Positions 48,838 through 63,429 of a DNA stretch of 64,000 nucleotides are shown here, one piece after another. Below the pieces are notes generated by a model. That model searched no databases, was not told the DNA's origin, and was given only the letters and a program-made list of their open reading frames with translations. Position 1 is the first letter of the stretch. The number at the start of each line of letters is the position of its first letter. The translations under genes were made by a program, and so were the position numbers. This DNA comes from Octopus vulgaris (taxonomy: Eukaryota), in contig OX597828.1 of the NCBI GenBank assembly GCA_951406725.2, forward strand, positions 75,516,001 to 75,580,000, written 5' to 3'.

Positions 48838-48949
48838 CATATGTATATACATATATAGCATTTATATATACATATACATTTATATACATATATATATAGA
48901 TATGTATAGAGAGAGAGACATGTATGTACACTATATATACATATATTCA

Positions 48950-48999
<50 letters not shown>

Positions 49000-49001
<2 letters not shown>

Positions 49002-49192
49002 CTTCGTACACGACTGACTATAGGATTTCCTCTAGAGAGTTCCCCACCGCGGCACATGTCCAGGCAAGTTTGGTTATTGAAGTCCAGCAGTCACCCACGC
49101 ATATTAGCTTCTCCGCTCCATACCACCGATGTTACCCAAGGGAAAGGCAAAGGCCGATGCAACTTGGCACCAATGATGTTGCAACTCATTTC

Positions 49193-49196
<4 letters not shown>
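49000..49196 (-). mobile_element. SINE/RTE-like repeat 3' fragment inside TA array
   Basis: Similar to 22165-22265; TA on both sides. Confidence 0.55.
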
Positions 49197-49243
<47 letters not shown>

Positions 49244-49274
49244 TTATATGTGCATATGTGTGTATATATACATA

Positions 49275-49550
49275 TATATGTATAAATTTACATAAGCTGA
49301 AAGAAGCCCGTCACGTGCGTGTGTTTGTGTGTGTGTGTATGTTTGTGTCTATATGTCTGTGTGTCCCTTTTTCCCCACCGCTTCACAATTGCTGTTGGGT
49401 TTTTTTTTTATGTCCCCGTAACGTAGAGGTTCTGGAAAACGACCGAAAGAATTAAATATGAGGCTTAAATAAGAAACGTACTGAGATTAATTTGGCGGCC
49501 TGAACCCAACATGGCGATGCCCCAGTATGGTCGCTGTGCAAATACTAAAA
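49275..49550 (+). mobile_element. SINE family B, decayed 3' half
   Basis: CTGAAAGAAGCCCGTC...GTCCCCGTAAC...GGCGATGCCCCAGTATGGTCGC. Confidence 0.7.
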
Positions 49551-49587
49551 CAAATGTAAAATATAAGTAGATGTGTGATGACCCTTC

Positions 49588-49871
49588 ACCTGGCTTAGTG
49601 TTTAGGGCATTCGGCTCAAGATCGTAAGCTCGTGAGTTCAATGCCCGGCGATGCGCTGTATCCTTGAGCGAGACGTTTTTTTCATATGGTACCTGTGTTT
49701 CAAAGGGCCTAGCCTTGTCACATTCTGTGTTACGCTGATTTTCCCAGTGAACTACGTTAAGGGTACGCGAGTCTGTGGAGTGCTCAGCCACTTGCATGTT
49801 AACTTCATGTGCAAGCTGTTCCGTTGATTGGATCAACTGGAAACCTCGTCGTCGTAACGGACGGAGTACCA
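49588..49871 (+). mobile_element. SINE family C
   Basis: A-box TGGCTTAGTG, B-box GAGTTCAATGCC, TCCTTGAGCGAGAC core; homologous to 34025-34331. Confidence 0.78.
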
Positions 49872-50049
49872 GTTATGTGTGTGTATGAACTTTTGACGAT
49901 CTTGTCTCAAGCCCAACGCTTTCCGTAGATCATATTCTGTTACACTGTGTATTCTAAGAAGCGGCCTAAGAATCATTACAATCCTATGATAACAACAATA
50001 ATTGCTGTTACTACTACTAAAACTGATAACGTCCCAAACAACCATTCTT

Positions 50050-50665
50050 ACATTTCGGATAATATTGATTTCTGAGAAGGCCAGAAATTTGGGGAGAATC
50101 GATTATATCGATCCCAAAACTTGTCTGATAGTTAATTTTTAGCGACCTCGTTCGGATGAAAGGAAAATTTGATCCCAGAGAGATTTGACCTCAGAACGCA
50201 AATATCTAGAACAGATAACGTACAGCATTTTATCTGAGGCCCTAACGATTCTTCAATGCACTTCTCACCTTCTCTCTCTCGCTCTCTCACACACACACAT
50301 ACACACAAACTCTAGTACGTGTGTTGCTTTTAACCATTGCAGTTCAAGTAGAGGAGAAGCTCACCAAGATATAAAGAGATAACATGGAGAAATGAGTAAA
50401 TAGTAAATAACTTCGTAAAGGAGTTGGATGCCTTCGACGTTTGTCAACTTCAAATTTCGAGCGGTTACCTCCATCGCAATAATTAAATCCCTTTCTAGGT
50501 TTGGATGGTTGCAATAAAAACATGAAGTTTAATTTGAGGTGAAGGTTGACTTTGCATTTTATCATGCGGGGTCAATAAAATAAGTTCCAGTTGAATGTTG
50601 TGGTCAGTGTAATCGACTTATCCACTCCCCCGATATTGCTGGCACTATGCCGAAATTTGAAATCA
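50050..50665. mobile_element. Two decayed SINE A copies in opposite orientation (~50050-50250 minus; ~50480-50665 plus)
   Basis: Degenerate cores GGATGAAAGGAAAA and GTTGACTTTGCATTTTATCATGCGGGGTCAATAAAATAAG. Confidence 0.6.
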
Positions 50666-50705
<40 letters not shown>

Positions 50706-50943
50706 ACATGTATATATGAATGCATGCGTGCGTGTATGTATGTATGTATGTATGTATGTATTTATGTATGTATGTATGTATGTATGTATGTATGTATGTA
50801 TGTACGTATGTAAATATGAAAATCTAGCATGATATTTAGAAGTGGAACAAATGCTGAAGGAAAATATGGATACATTATAAACGCCGCCGGACAGATACAG
50901 AGTCAGACATATTGACAGAGACAGACAGACACAGATGGATTGT

Positions 50944-50979
<36 letters not shown>

Positions 50980-52071
50980 TAGATAGATAGATAGATAGAT
51001 AGATATGATAGGATAGGGTAGAGAAATATTCATAGAAAGCGAGAAAGAAGCAAAAAGGAAGTGAGTGCGGTATGATGGAGGAAGATATGGTTAGCGAGAA
51101 AAGAGAGCTTTAGAGAGAGAATTTCAGAGTGATTGAGAGACAGAGATAAAGAGGGAAGAGAAATGTTGAAAAATGGAGAAAGAGAGCGGAGAGAAAGTGG
51201 GAGAGGGAGAAAACGGGTGAGAGTAACAGGAGATATTTTAAAGATAAAGTGTATGAGTGTACATCAGTAAATTTATGTCTAGAGATATCTTTGGATAGTC
51301 TCAGTTCTTCAATATGGTATAATTCTTCATGTTGAACCGAAAACCAAAGTTTATCGCCGTTTCGTTTCTTTGCATCATTTTCTTTCTTTCTTTCGATTTT
51401 GCTTTACAATTCGGTTATCAGAGTAAAATAGGAAAAGATTAGGAAAGCAATTATATTGAATGGAAAATTGGTAAATATTGCGAATCTGCATGCGCGACAA
51501 TGTTTTAGAACTTGTTAACGAAGACCGGTTTTGTCTTTTTTGTTTCTCTGTACTTTTGGTATGAGATACAAAAAAAGAAAAAATTCTTTGTTCATTCACA
51601 AAGTTTAGTTCAAATATGAAGAAAATTCTAATAGCAGCACTCGACTTCCCCTTTATATTAATGGAAGCCCTGAAATCCATCTTCACTGAAAGTATTTGCT
51701 GATAAAGAAAACGATACATCCCTGCACTCTGTCTTTCTCTCTTGTTTCCTAAGAGGAACCAAACGTAAATGAAAGCCGAGAGAGAAAATAAACAAAATCG
51801 AAATATCGGAAAGCAAATATAAGACGTTGTTGACTTTTGATAAATATTTCCTGAAGGCAAATCTTGCTTCTACTTGGTCTTTTGTCTCTCTTTCATTTAT
51901 TCTTTCCTCTTCTTCTTCTTCTTCTTCTTCTTCTTCTCCTCCTTCTTCTTCTTCCTCTTCTCCTTCTCCTTCTCCTTCTTCTCCCCCCTCTTCTTCCTCC
52001 TCCCTTTTAAAAACATTTTTCTCGTTTTATGATGTTATGCTTAATCAGCACTAACAGTGAAACCGTGTGTA

Positions 52072-52126
<55 letters not shown>

Positions 52127-52914
52127 TTAAATACACGTACACATATATAGAGACCTAGACATATATTATACGTATATATGTATACGCACATATACAGACA
52201 CAAACACACACATACACACATACACATATATATACACACACAAACATATACATGCATATATATGTATATATGCACATATATACGGTTATATACATACGTT
52301 GGAAGATTGATAGATATACAGATAGATTTATTTAAATATTATGAAACGGTGAGAGGCTATTTTTTCTAAGGACGTCTGGCACCCTCGGAAGTAGTGACCT
52401 TACCCTGAGGTGTCGAAATAACGCTGATATCCTATTGGCAGCTGGTGAGAGAAATTTCTCCAATTATTGCTTTCATATTAATTGTAGGAACATTCTTGCC
52501 ATTGTTTCATAAATATACAGCTATAGCTCCAATTACCTATTGAATCGTTATACATTCCACCTGGTGAAATCGCTGGTAACTATGTAAAATCAGTTTTATT
52601 GGCTGACATATTTCGCTTGTCTCTGTCCCTTTGAGTGATATGTGTGGTGGTGGTTGGTGGTGGTGGTGGTGGTGATGGTGGTGGTGATGGTGATGTCAGT
52701 ATGTGATGTTGAGAATGATATGTGGTCACTGACGATGTTTTGGCAGGGATTGAAACTGGATGAGGAAGTCGGACTGGCATAAGTGTTTGAAGACGTCAGT
52801 CGTACGTATGATGAGGATGATGATGATGATGGTGATGATGATGATGACTAGTGGTGTTTGTGGTGGTGGTGTTGGTATCGATGATGGCAATCTGGACGCC
52901 GATGAAAGCAGTAC

Positions 52915-52954
<40 letters not shown>

Positions 52955-53213
52955 AATTATGATGATGACGGTAAAGATAAACACGATGATGATAATACTG
53001 ATGACAAAGATGACGACAGACGCAACGACGACGACGACAGAGATGAGAACGACGACATAGTTGTTCATGGCAACAATAAATGCAATGACGTCGTCGACGT
53101 AGACGATGGCGATAGAGACATGTTTGAAAAAATCTAATATGGACAGAAGGTGATGAAGACAGCGATTAAAGAATTAGCAACACTGCAGATGTGATAATGG
53201 CTGCGTGCGTCTG

Positions 53214-53268
<55 letters not shown>

Positions 53269-53414
53269 ACGTGTTGAATATTTTTAATAAATGGAATGGA
53301 AAAACAGAAAATGTAAACAAAAAGAATTTGACAAGAAAATTAGTGAAATTAATTTCTTATCTTTTCATAACTGGCTCATATTGACATAGAATACAGATGT
53401 GTAAATAACAAGCA

Positions 53415-53502
53415 CCACCGCCACCACCCCACCACCACCCACCACCGCCACCACCCACCACCGCCGCCACCCACCACCGCCGCCACCCACCACCGCCACC
53501 AC
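53415..53502. repeat. ~15-bp GC-rich tandem (CCACCGCC[A/G]CCACCC-like)
   Basis: Directly visible. Confidence 0.8.
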
Positions 53503-54259
53503 AACCTATTAGCAACAACCGAGAGAAAACAATAACAACAACTACGGCGACACAACTAAGTAATAAACAATTTATGGAAACAACATTACATCTAACAGCA
53601 ACAACAATACGAACAACATCACCACCGCCGCCGCCGCCGCCATTGCTGACAAAAGCACAATGAAATTACCACAACCTGAACGAACAAAGACATGTCGCCT
53701 ATCCATCAACACGAACCGCCATGCAGCTGGCATCAGCTGCTTTTCACAACGGCCTTACCTTGTAACAAGGAGGCAAGAAGAACTCGAACTTCACGATTAT
53801 CACCTCCACAATCCTCATCACTTCAAATGACAACTCTACAGCCTCAGAGAGAGGTTTGAGCTGCTAGAAATAGCAGCCAAATTTACCGCAAATAACCCTA
53901 TCAGGTCTTTAAATATTGGATGTAAAACATAGTGGAAAGATGAAACCCTGAAGACGTTTTAGCAGGGATGAGGAGATGGCTGCATGATGAATAGATTTTG
54001 ATCAGAGGCCTGACTCCACCAGAAATGACCTGGGGTTATAAAGTCCATCAACAATATTGCCAACAACGACACTATCACCAACGCAACACACATCAACCTT
54101 ACAACTACTACTACTAACAAAACAACAACTACCATCTCCACCACTGACAACGACAACAACAAAACAGGTGACCGTTTGTATTTCAATTTGCTAAACTTTT
54201 TAAACATTAATAGAAAGTATTAATGAAGAGAAAAGAGGGAGAAAAGAGAGGGGAGAGAC

Positions 54260-54557
54260 TATATATATATATATGTATGTATATATATAATTATGTATAT
54301 ATATATATGTATGTATATATATAATTATGTATATATATATATGTATATATATATATATGTATGTATGTATATATATATATGTATGTATGTATATATATAT
54401 ATGTATGTATGTATATATATATATATATGTATGTATATATATATATGTATGTATGTATGTATATATATATGTATGTATGTATGTATATATATATATGTAT
54501 GTATATATATATATATGTATGTATATATATATATATGTATGTATATATATATATATG

Positions 54558-54608
<51 letters not shown>

Positions 54609-54698
54609 ATATATGTATGTATGTATATATATATATGTATGTATATATATATATGTATGTATATATATATATATTATGTATATATATATATATGTATG

Positions 54699-54731
<33 letters not shown>

Positions 54732-54826
54732 GTATGTATATATATATATGTATATATATATATATGTATGTATATATATATGTATGTATATATATATATG
54801 TATATATATATATATGTATGTATATA

Positions 54827-54871
<45 letters not shown>

Positions 54872-54950
54872 ATATATATGTATATATATATATGTATGTA
54901 TATATATATATGTATGTATATATATATATGTATGTATATATATATGTATG

Positions 54951-54989
<39 letters not shown>

Positions 54990-55005
54990 GTATGTGTGTA
55001 CATAT
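54260..55005. repeat. (TA)n/(TATG)n compound array
   Basis: Directly visible. Confidence 0.95.
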
Positions 55006-56305
55006 GCACAAAAATAACAAAAGTGTAATAAAAATATAATTAAGAAACGACTATTTTTGTCTTTCTGTCATTTTATTTGGAAAATTTCTCATTTTCAAAT
55101 TCATAATAATATTCCATTTTATTTGCTTCTTCTTTATTTTTTTTATTAAAATATTTGTTAAAGCAATTTTTCTTTTTCTTTTGTTATAGTATATTAATTA
55201 TTTGTTAAAGTAATTTTATTCTTTCTTTTATTGTTTGTTATATTAATTATTTCTTAAAGTCCTATTATTGTTTTTGTCTTTTACAGTTAATTTGCTTTGT
55301 TATTTTGTATATGTTTTCAAAAACTTGATGCATTTAGTAAATTGGAAATAAAAATGTGAATAATACCCAAGCAAAGAACGTAAAGCCGTCTGTGCTTCTA
55401 TCTCTATGTGTTGTGTGCGGCTTTATGTCTTGTTTGGTTTATAAATTTCACAGAAATGGAATTTCAGAATGACACTGAATATCTCTCTGTCTCTCTCACG
55501 CGTAACCACATATACATACACTCATAAAATGATATAATCACACACACACACACAGAGAAAGAGGTGGTACAAGAGAAAAACGCGTTCGAGATAGTGTAAC
55601 GGTGACGATTCCAAGGAGGGTGTGCAGGGTATGAATGTGAGGTGGGACAAGAGAGTGGGTAAATGGGGGAGAAAAGGAGGTTGGAAATAGAAGTTAGAAA
55701 GAATGTTTTAATGGGAAGAATAAAATGAATAAAGTTAAAAGAATAAAGTTAAAAGAATAAGAGAAATGTCGGATTTTTAGTTGGCGAGTGAATGTTTATT
55801 TAAATTACTAATTTCAAGAAGTCGTCGACAATAGCCATTAGAACTACAGCAGCAATAACTATAATAAAAATAAAAACAAATATTACAAAAAAAAATCAAT
55901 TAAAACACCCCCACACCCTTTATTGTCCAGGAAAAATGTGAAAGAATAAGAGAGAAGAAAGCCGTTTTGCTCACAATTTAATTTACACTCAATCAAAGTG
56001 GAACGATATTAATATTTGCTTTGTTTAGTTTTATTTCCAAATAATTCCATTGGAGCAGAAATATGGCAGGAAGAAGATGAAAAAGAAGTAGAAGAAGAAA
56101 GGTGGTTACTGAGTTTGAATTACATCGTGTGCTATAAATGGATGGAGGGGTACTAACTGTCATAGCAGCACTTACCCTTTATCTGTGTGAGAGAAACAAC
56201 TTATTCTGTACAATTTCTCCCTTTTTGACAAATATTTTGTCTCCGAAACGTCAGATTCTTTTTGTCTTTACGATAATGCAACATATTTAAAGCCAAAGAA
56301 GTTTA

Positions 56306-56376
<71 letters not shown>

Positions 56377-57061
56377 TGATAGAAAATAGAGTGTACAACA
56401 TTATTTAAAGCTACTACATTTGTTTCGATATATTTTTGCACCCGCAATACATACTGAGATGTGTAATCATTGTCATGCAATCTAAGCGTACAATGTACCT
56501 CCCCATGTGATTCCTGAAATAAGTCCTTCGTTAGAGCTTACCATCATTTCACTAAGTGTTAGAATTTATACTCAATGTGATGTGTCATTTTCCTCTCTTT
56601 ACAGTCGAAACTAAATATATAGATATAGTGACAGACAAAATACATAAAGACAGAAATAGAAGACAAGCAGAAAAATACAATATTCACATGTCTACAACTA
56701 AGACAACACTTTTCTCTTTTTCTACACTGACAGGCGAAGAGTAGTGTCCTAAAACCGTACAGATTCTAAAGTAGCCAAATAAAATCAGGGATTACTTTGT
56801 TAGTATCCAGTACTGAAAACGTACCGTGTGATTTTAACCATTAAAAGAATTCAGAGAAGAGTGTGATCAGGTACAGTTGTTGTGAGTAATAAAGATTGTT
56901 AATTTTCGGGACTCTTTATAGCGAAGAAAAAATAAAACTGTTGCTTTGATCATGGATTAATAAATGAGATATTATACCGATGAACACTATGTATATTTCG
57001 ACATTCCCCCATCACTACCGACATTCTATTGAAGGAGTTCTTTGAGTGTCTATAAATATTC

Positions 57062-57458
57062 TTTTCTTCTCTAGGCACAAGTCGCGAAATTATGTGGGAT
57101 GAGGCCAATCGATTTGATCAATTCCAGTGCGCCACTGGTGCTTAATTTATCCACCCCAAAAGGATGAAAGGCAAAGTCGACCTGCGCGGAATTTGAACTC
57201 AGAACGTAGCGGCAGACAAAATACCTATTTCTTTATTACCCACAAGGGGCTAAACATAGAGGGGACAAACAAGGACAGACATAGGTATTTAGTCGATTAC
57301 ATCGACCCCAGTGAGTAAATGGTACTTAATTTATCGACCCCGAAAGGAGGAAAGGCAAAGTCGACCTCGGCGGAATTTGAACTCACAATGTAACGTCAGA
57401 GGAAATACGGCTACGCATTTCGCCCGGTGTACTAACAGTTCTGCCAGCTTGCCGCCTT
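57062..57458 (-). mobile_element. Dimeric SINE A (complete type-2-tail unit 57228-57458 fused to a headless type-1-tail unit 57062-57225)
   Basis: Two tandem family A cores with different tails. Confidence 0.82.
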
Positions 57459-57841
57459 TGAACCTGTAAATATTATGTTCGCAATGATAATAATAATTTC
57501 ATATAGTTTTTACTCCTTTTTTAACACTGTTACATTGTGTCAAACATTCCACCTATCCCAATCTGGCGCCATTTAAGCGTAGTAAGTATACGGTCTTTTA
57601 TAACATGTTCTTACGTTGTTATGTCTGCTGAGACATGAAACAACAATAAATAAAGTATTTCCGTTTCTTGCCATTGTTTGCTCTCAAGTCTTGTGATTGC
57701 AAGTGTTTCATTGTCATTGCTATGTTGCAGAGGGCGGGAGAGGAGGAGTTTCCGAAAGAGAGAGTTATTGGTGAAATAGAAGACAAAGAGAACATTCATC
57801 ATGTGAGAAAAAGGAGGAAAAAATGGGAGATGTAAATAATA

Positions 57842-58204
57842 ACTCTTTACTCTTTACTCTTTTACTTGTTTCAGTCATTTGACTGCGGCCATGCTGGAGC
57901 ACCACCTTTTAGTACTTATTCTATCGGTCTCTTTTTGCCGAACTGCTAAGTGACGGGGACGTAAACACACCAGCATCGGTTGTCAAGCAATGCTAGGGGG
58001 ACAAACACAGACACACAAACACACACACATATACATATATACGACAGGCTTCTTTCAGTTTCCGCCTACCAAATCCACTCACAAGGCATTGGTCGGCCCG
58101 GGGCTATAGCAGAAGACACTTGCCCAAGATGCCACGCAGTGGGACTGAACCCGCAACCGTGTGGTTGGTTAGCAAGCTACTTACCACACAGCCACTCCTG
58201 CGCC
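57842..58204 (-). mobile_element. SINE family B, full length with (GAGTAAA)n tail
   Basis: Head GGCGCAGGAGTGGCTGTGTGGTAAG, tail GGTGGTGCTCCAGCATGGCCGCAGTCAAATGACTGAAAC. Confidence 0.88.
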
Positions 58205-58231
58205 TGTGGATATAAGGATATAAAACTAATA

Positions 58232-58428
58232 TTTTCTCCTCTAGGAGGGGAGAGGGGGAGCCAGTCGATTAGATCGACCCCTGTACGCAACTGGTACTTA
58301 ATTTATCGAGTCCGAAAGAATGAAAGGCAAAGTCGAACTCGGCGAAATTTGAACTCAGAACATAATGACAGACAAAATATCGCTAAGAATTTCGCCCGGC
58401 GCGCTAACGATTCTACCAGCTCACCGCC

Positions 58429-58430
<2 letters not shown>
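58232..58430 (-). mobile_element. SINE family A followed by (TAA)n
   Basis: Family A core. Confidence 0.85.
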
Positions 58431-58486
<56 letters not shown>

Positions 58487-59196
58487 GTAATTCGTTTATT
58501 GGCCACAAGGGCTAACAAAAATCAATTAAAACATAAAGGGACAAAACACAGGACGAAAGTTACAAAGGATTTTGTCCGTTTATAAAACTGAAATGTAAAT
58601 TATTAAAAATCATGTGAGTGTGTGTGTATCTAGGCATGTATATGTTTGTGTGGTGTAACTACACACAGGCACAAGAGAGGAGTACAACGCATCTAAATGA
58701 GTTGCGCTCTTAAGGACTATACATGCATACATACATACATACATACATACATACATACATACATACATACATACATACAAACATACATGCAGGTAAGCAT
58801 GCATCCATATATTGAAAGGAATCATTGATAATGCAGTGCGAAGCCCTTATATGACATGAGCCCCGCCAAAGATTTGCACGTTTTATTACATAATGCAAAG
58901 TTGCGTTGGCTGGCAGAAGAAACCGGTGCCATAGAATGAAAAAGACATGTCTTTATAATCCTCCAACTGGACAGCGCACCTTTCCACAGGCTGAAAATGC
59001 TCTATTATCAATAATAACTCTGTCATAATTGAGAAGTCGATTCCTGTGGCTTGTTTGATGAAGACAGAGATTAGAGAATTAGGAACAGAAAAATATGGAA
59101 ACATTCCGGAGAATATTTGGATCGAAGCGAAAAAGGCTAATCATAGAAGATGGTAGCTACAAGAAATCCAGCGCAGATTGCGTCTCACGCACCCCG

Positions 59197-59475
59197 TGAA
59201 GGCGTCTGGCTCAGTGGTGAGGATGTTGAACTCATGATCGCTAGATTGCGGGTTAGATTCCCGGCCCGAGCTGTGTTTGGTGTTCTTGTGCAAGATACTT
59301 CATTTCGCGTTGCTCCGGTCAACACACGTGAAAATGGATAGATTTTCGATCACGCTGACTGCTAGCCTACACGCCCAGACATCGGGGTGGCATCGTCCGA
59401 AAGCTAAAACGATGCAAAGAGCATCATGACGAGAGTTGTAAAACATTCGACAGTCTTGTCGATCACGTGATCACA
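59197..59475 (+). mobile_element. tRNA-derived SINE related to family C (different 3' half)
   Basis: A-box TGGCTCAGTGG, B-box GGTTAGATTCC, GTGTTCTTGTGCAAGATACTT core. Confidence 0.7.
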
Positions 59476-59744
59476 CGACGACCTCACACATATAGATACA
59501 CATCACAAGTACGTATACACAGTATGACAGAATACACAGTATGACAGAATACAGAGTATCACAAGTTCATTTCGTAAACCACAACGTTTGATCCCAATTG
59601 TCATTGGAATGATCGCTACAATGTGAACGAACGTGGGTAGGGTGAAATAGCCAAGAAGATATCGTGAATTAAGACAAGGTGTTCATACCTGTCTTTGATA
59701 AAGCGCAATACTATCTAGTATAGTGTAGTTAAATTCATGGATTA

Positions 59745-60895
<1,151 letters not shown>

Positions 60896-61179
60896 ATTTC
60901 AAATTTATTGCGCTTCTTAATGCAATCTCATTATTTCCATGTATTCCAGGAATTTCAAAGGCAAAATAAAAATCCTTAATCCTTTAGTAATTTTCTTTTC
61001 AACATTTCAAACAACTTTTTCTTTTTGTTTCGTTCGTTTCAAGAAATTTTAATTATTTTATTTTTATTATTTAATCTGTGAAGGTCCAAATTAATCTTTG
61101 TGCTAAAGGGGAAAAACAGATTCAGTGGATTTCTTTTATGTAACAGCAAGACGCATTATCTGTACGTGTGAGTGGGTGC

Positions 61180-61223
<44 letters not shown>

Positions 61224-61275
61224 ATGTACGTGTTTGTGTGTATGTATATATATATAAATACATGTGTGCTTGTAC

Positions 61276-61321
<46 letters not shown>

Positions 61322-61498
61322 TGGCATGCTTAATACATAACACATTTGTATGGATGTCTATATTTCTATGTATGAATACATGTGCGCGTGCGCGCACACA
61401 GTGGCACACACATTTTTGCACTAAGCTGAAATGAAATAATATAACATATCGAGTTGTTACTAATCCGTCTTGAAAAGGAGATAACTGCTACTACTACG

Positions 61499-61561
<63 letters not shown>

Positions 61562-61563
<2 letters not shown>

Positions 61564-62148
61564 ATGCCCTGATGCAGTAATAAATGACCTGGTGCAATTT
61601 CAGGAAGTGGATCTCATTGCTTCTGATCTTAGGTGATTGGAAGTGTTATCACGTACATTGTTTTGTCTTGGTATAAAAGATGGGTTTTACAGCAAATATT
61701 CTGCCTGATACCACAGATTTGCTTGTCAGTTGTTTGACCGTAACCAGTTGACCATGTCCCTTAATGGTTGACGATATGTGCATCTCTGATCACGAGCAGA
61801 AGTACTGGGAGAGCATCATAGCCATGTCTTGAGAGGAATTCTTTGGGGTTTGAATAATTAACCTCTAGTAAAAAAAAAGGTGTTTCGTTCAACACCCTTA
61901 AACACTCCCGTTTTCAGGGACCTTTTGAGCGGGATGGGTTACTCAACCAGAAGAAAATTCTAACTGGGCCTCACCTGCACGGTCATGCGCTGTTTATGTT
62001 CATATGAAATGACCATGTCTCGCACATATGGTTGTGATGCATGTGCCTGGTATACACTTATCAGACAGGTAGTCATAATGTGTATAGTGGGCTTCGTATA
62101 TTTGTACCTTAGTGTCACTTTGATGGCATGCACTGCTCTCTCACTCAG
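61562..62148. mobile_element. Non-coding interspersed element embedded in (TAA)n, possibly an R4/Dong-type UTR
   Basis: Complex sequence sharply bounded by TAA repeats on both sides. Dong-type LINEs are known to target TAA microsatellites, but no ORF is present to confirm. Confidence 0.4.
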
Positions 62149-62158
62149 TGATAATAAT

Positions 62159-62516
62159 AACAAGAGCACTCAGAGAGCGCAAACCTCCGCCAAAGCAACA
62201 CCAACGTCCTCTCATCGATTAGCCAGAGATGATTTTTTTAAATGAGAATATCTGAAATAAACTCGACTGCTCTCATAAACGAGAATACTATAAATAAACC
62301 CGACCGCTCTCAAAAATTAAGTTTAAAAAACCCGGAAAAATAATCCAGAATCCTTGCCTGGTAAATCTAATCCGTTCGTGCTAGTCACGTGGTCAAACAT
62401 CACTGAAAGTTTTATCCGAATCCGTCCAGCGGTTCTTGAGATATCTTGTCCACGGGCAAGCAAGCCAACATACTCAATTGAAAACAATACCTCCGTCTTT
62501 GCTAAGGCGGGGGTAA
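62159..62516 (-). mobile_element. Helentron-associated non-autonomous element (HINE/DINE-1-like)
   Basis: Minus strand: 5' TTATTACCCCCGCCTT with nearby inverted copy (GACGGAGGTA); 3' subTIR GGCGGAGGT followed by hairpin GCGCTCTCTGAGTGC and CTTGTT end; inserted in TT context. Confidence 0.75.
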
Positions 62517-62532
62517 TAATAATATTAATAAA

Positions 62533-62564
<32 letters not shown>

Positions 62565-62632
62565 TAATAATAATGATAATAATAATGATAATAATAATGA
62601 TAATAATAATAATAACAATAATAATAATGATG

Positions 62633-62702
<70 letters not shown>

Positions 62703-62726
62703 TAATAATAATGATGATAATAATAA

Positions 62727-62780
<54 letters not shown>

Positions 62781-62803
62781 TAATAATAATGATAATAATA
62801 ATG

Positions 62804-62840
<37 letters not shown>

Positions 62841-62854
62841 TGATAATAATGATG

Positions 62855-62894
<40 letters not shown>

Positions 62895-62898
62895 TAAT

Positions 62899-62933
<35 letters not shown>

Positions 62934-62950
62934 TAATAATAATAATAATG
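62517..62950. repeat. (TAA)n/(TGA) trinucleotide array
   Basis: Directly visible. Confidence 0.95.
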
Positions 62951-63353
62951 AAAGAACTAAAAAGTAGAGAATAAAAAAAGGGAGGAGGAGAACAATAACA
63001 GCAAAGAGGCGAAGAGGAAGAAGAGCAAGTAATAGAAAGAACGAGAGAATGAAAAGAATAAGAAAAAGAAGAAAAAGAAGAAACGAACGAGTAGTTTTAC
63101 TGGATCCAGTAAAGAATTAGAAAGGACACGGCTTCCGAACGAAACGGAATTGGTCTCGGAGAGAATGTAGACGTCATAGGTTTGATGATTTAACTCATCA
63201 TTAAACTCTAGCAGCACTAATTAAAAGATATTTACTTTGTCTTTGCATAGATTCATTTAAGCAGTAATCAGCTTAATATTTCTGTCTTGAAATAATCACT
63301 GTAATTGAAACGGCGGAACTTCTGTCACTTCAGCTGAGGAGTTGCTAAAAATA

Positions 63354-63429
<76 letters not shown>

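Noticed and set aside
52760-53137. Asp/Met-rich 125-aa ORF
   Set aside because: Built from (GAT)n/(GAC)n microsatellite; no domain or splice support.
59197-59275. tRNA-like sequence with A and B boxes (also 4060, 49588)
   Set aside because: No full cloverleaf; continues into a SINE body.
59519-59562. 17-bp tandem CAGTATGACAGAATACA x2.5 (also 14-bp tandem near 55725)
   Set aside because: Simple local duplication with no spacers; not CRISPR-like.
62354-62974. Poly-Ile 206-aa ORF
   Set aside because: HINE sequence plus (TAA)n read-through.
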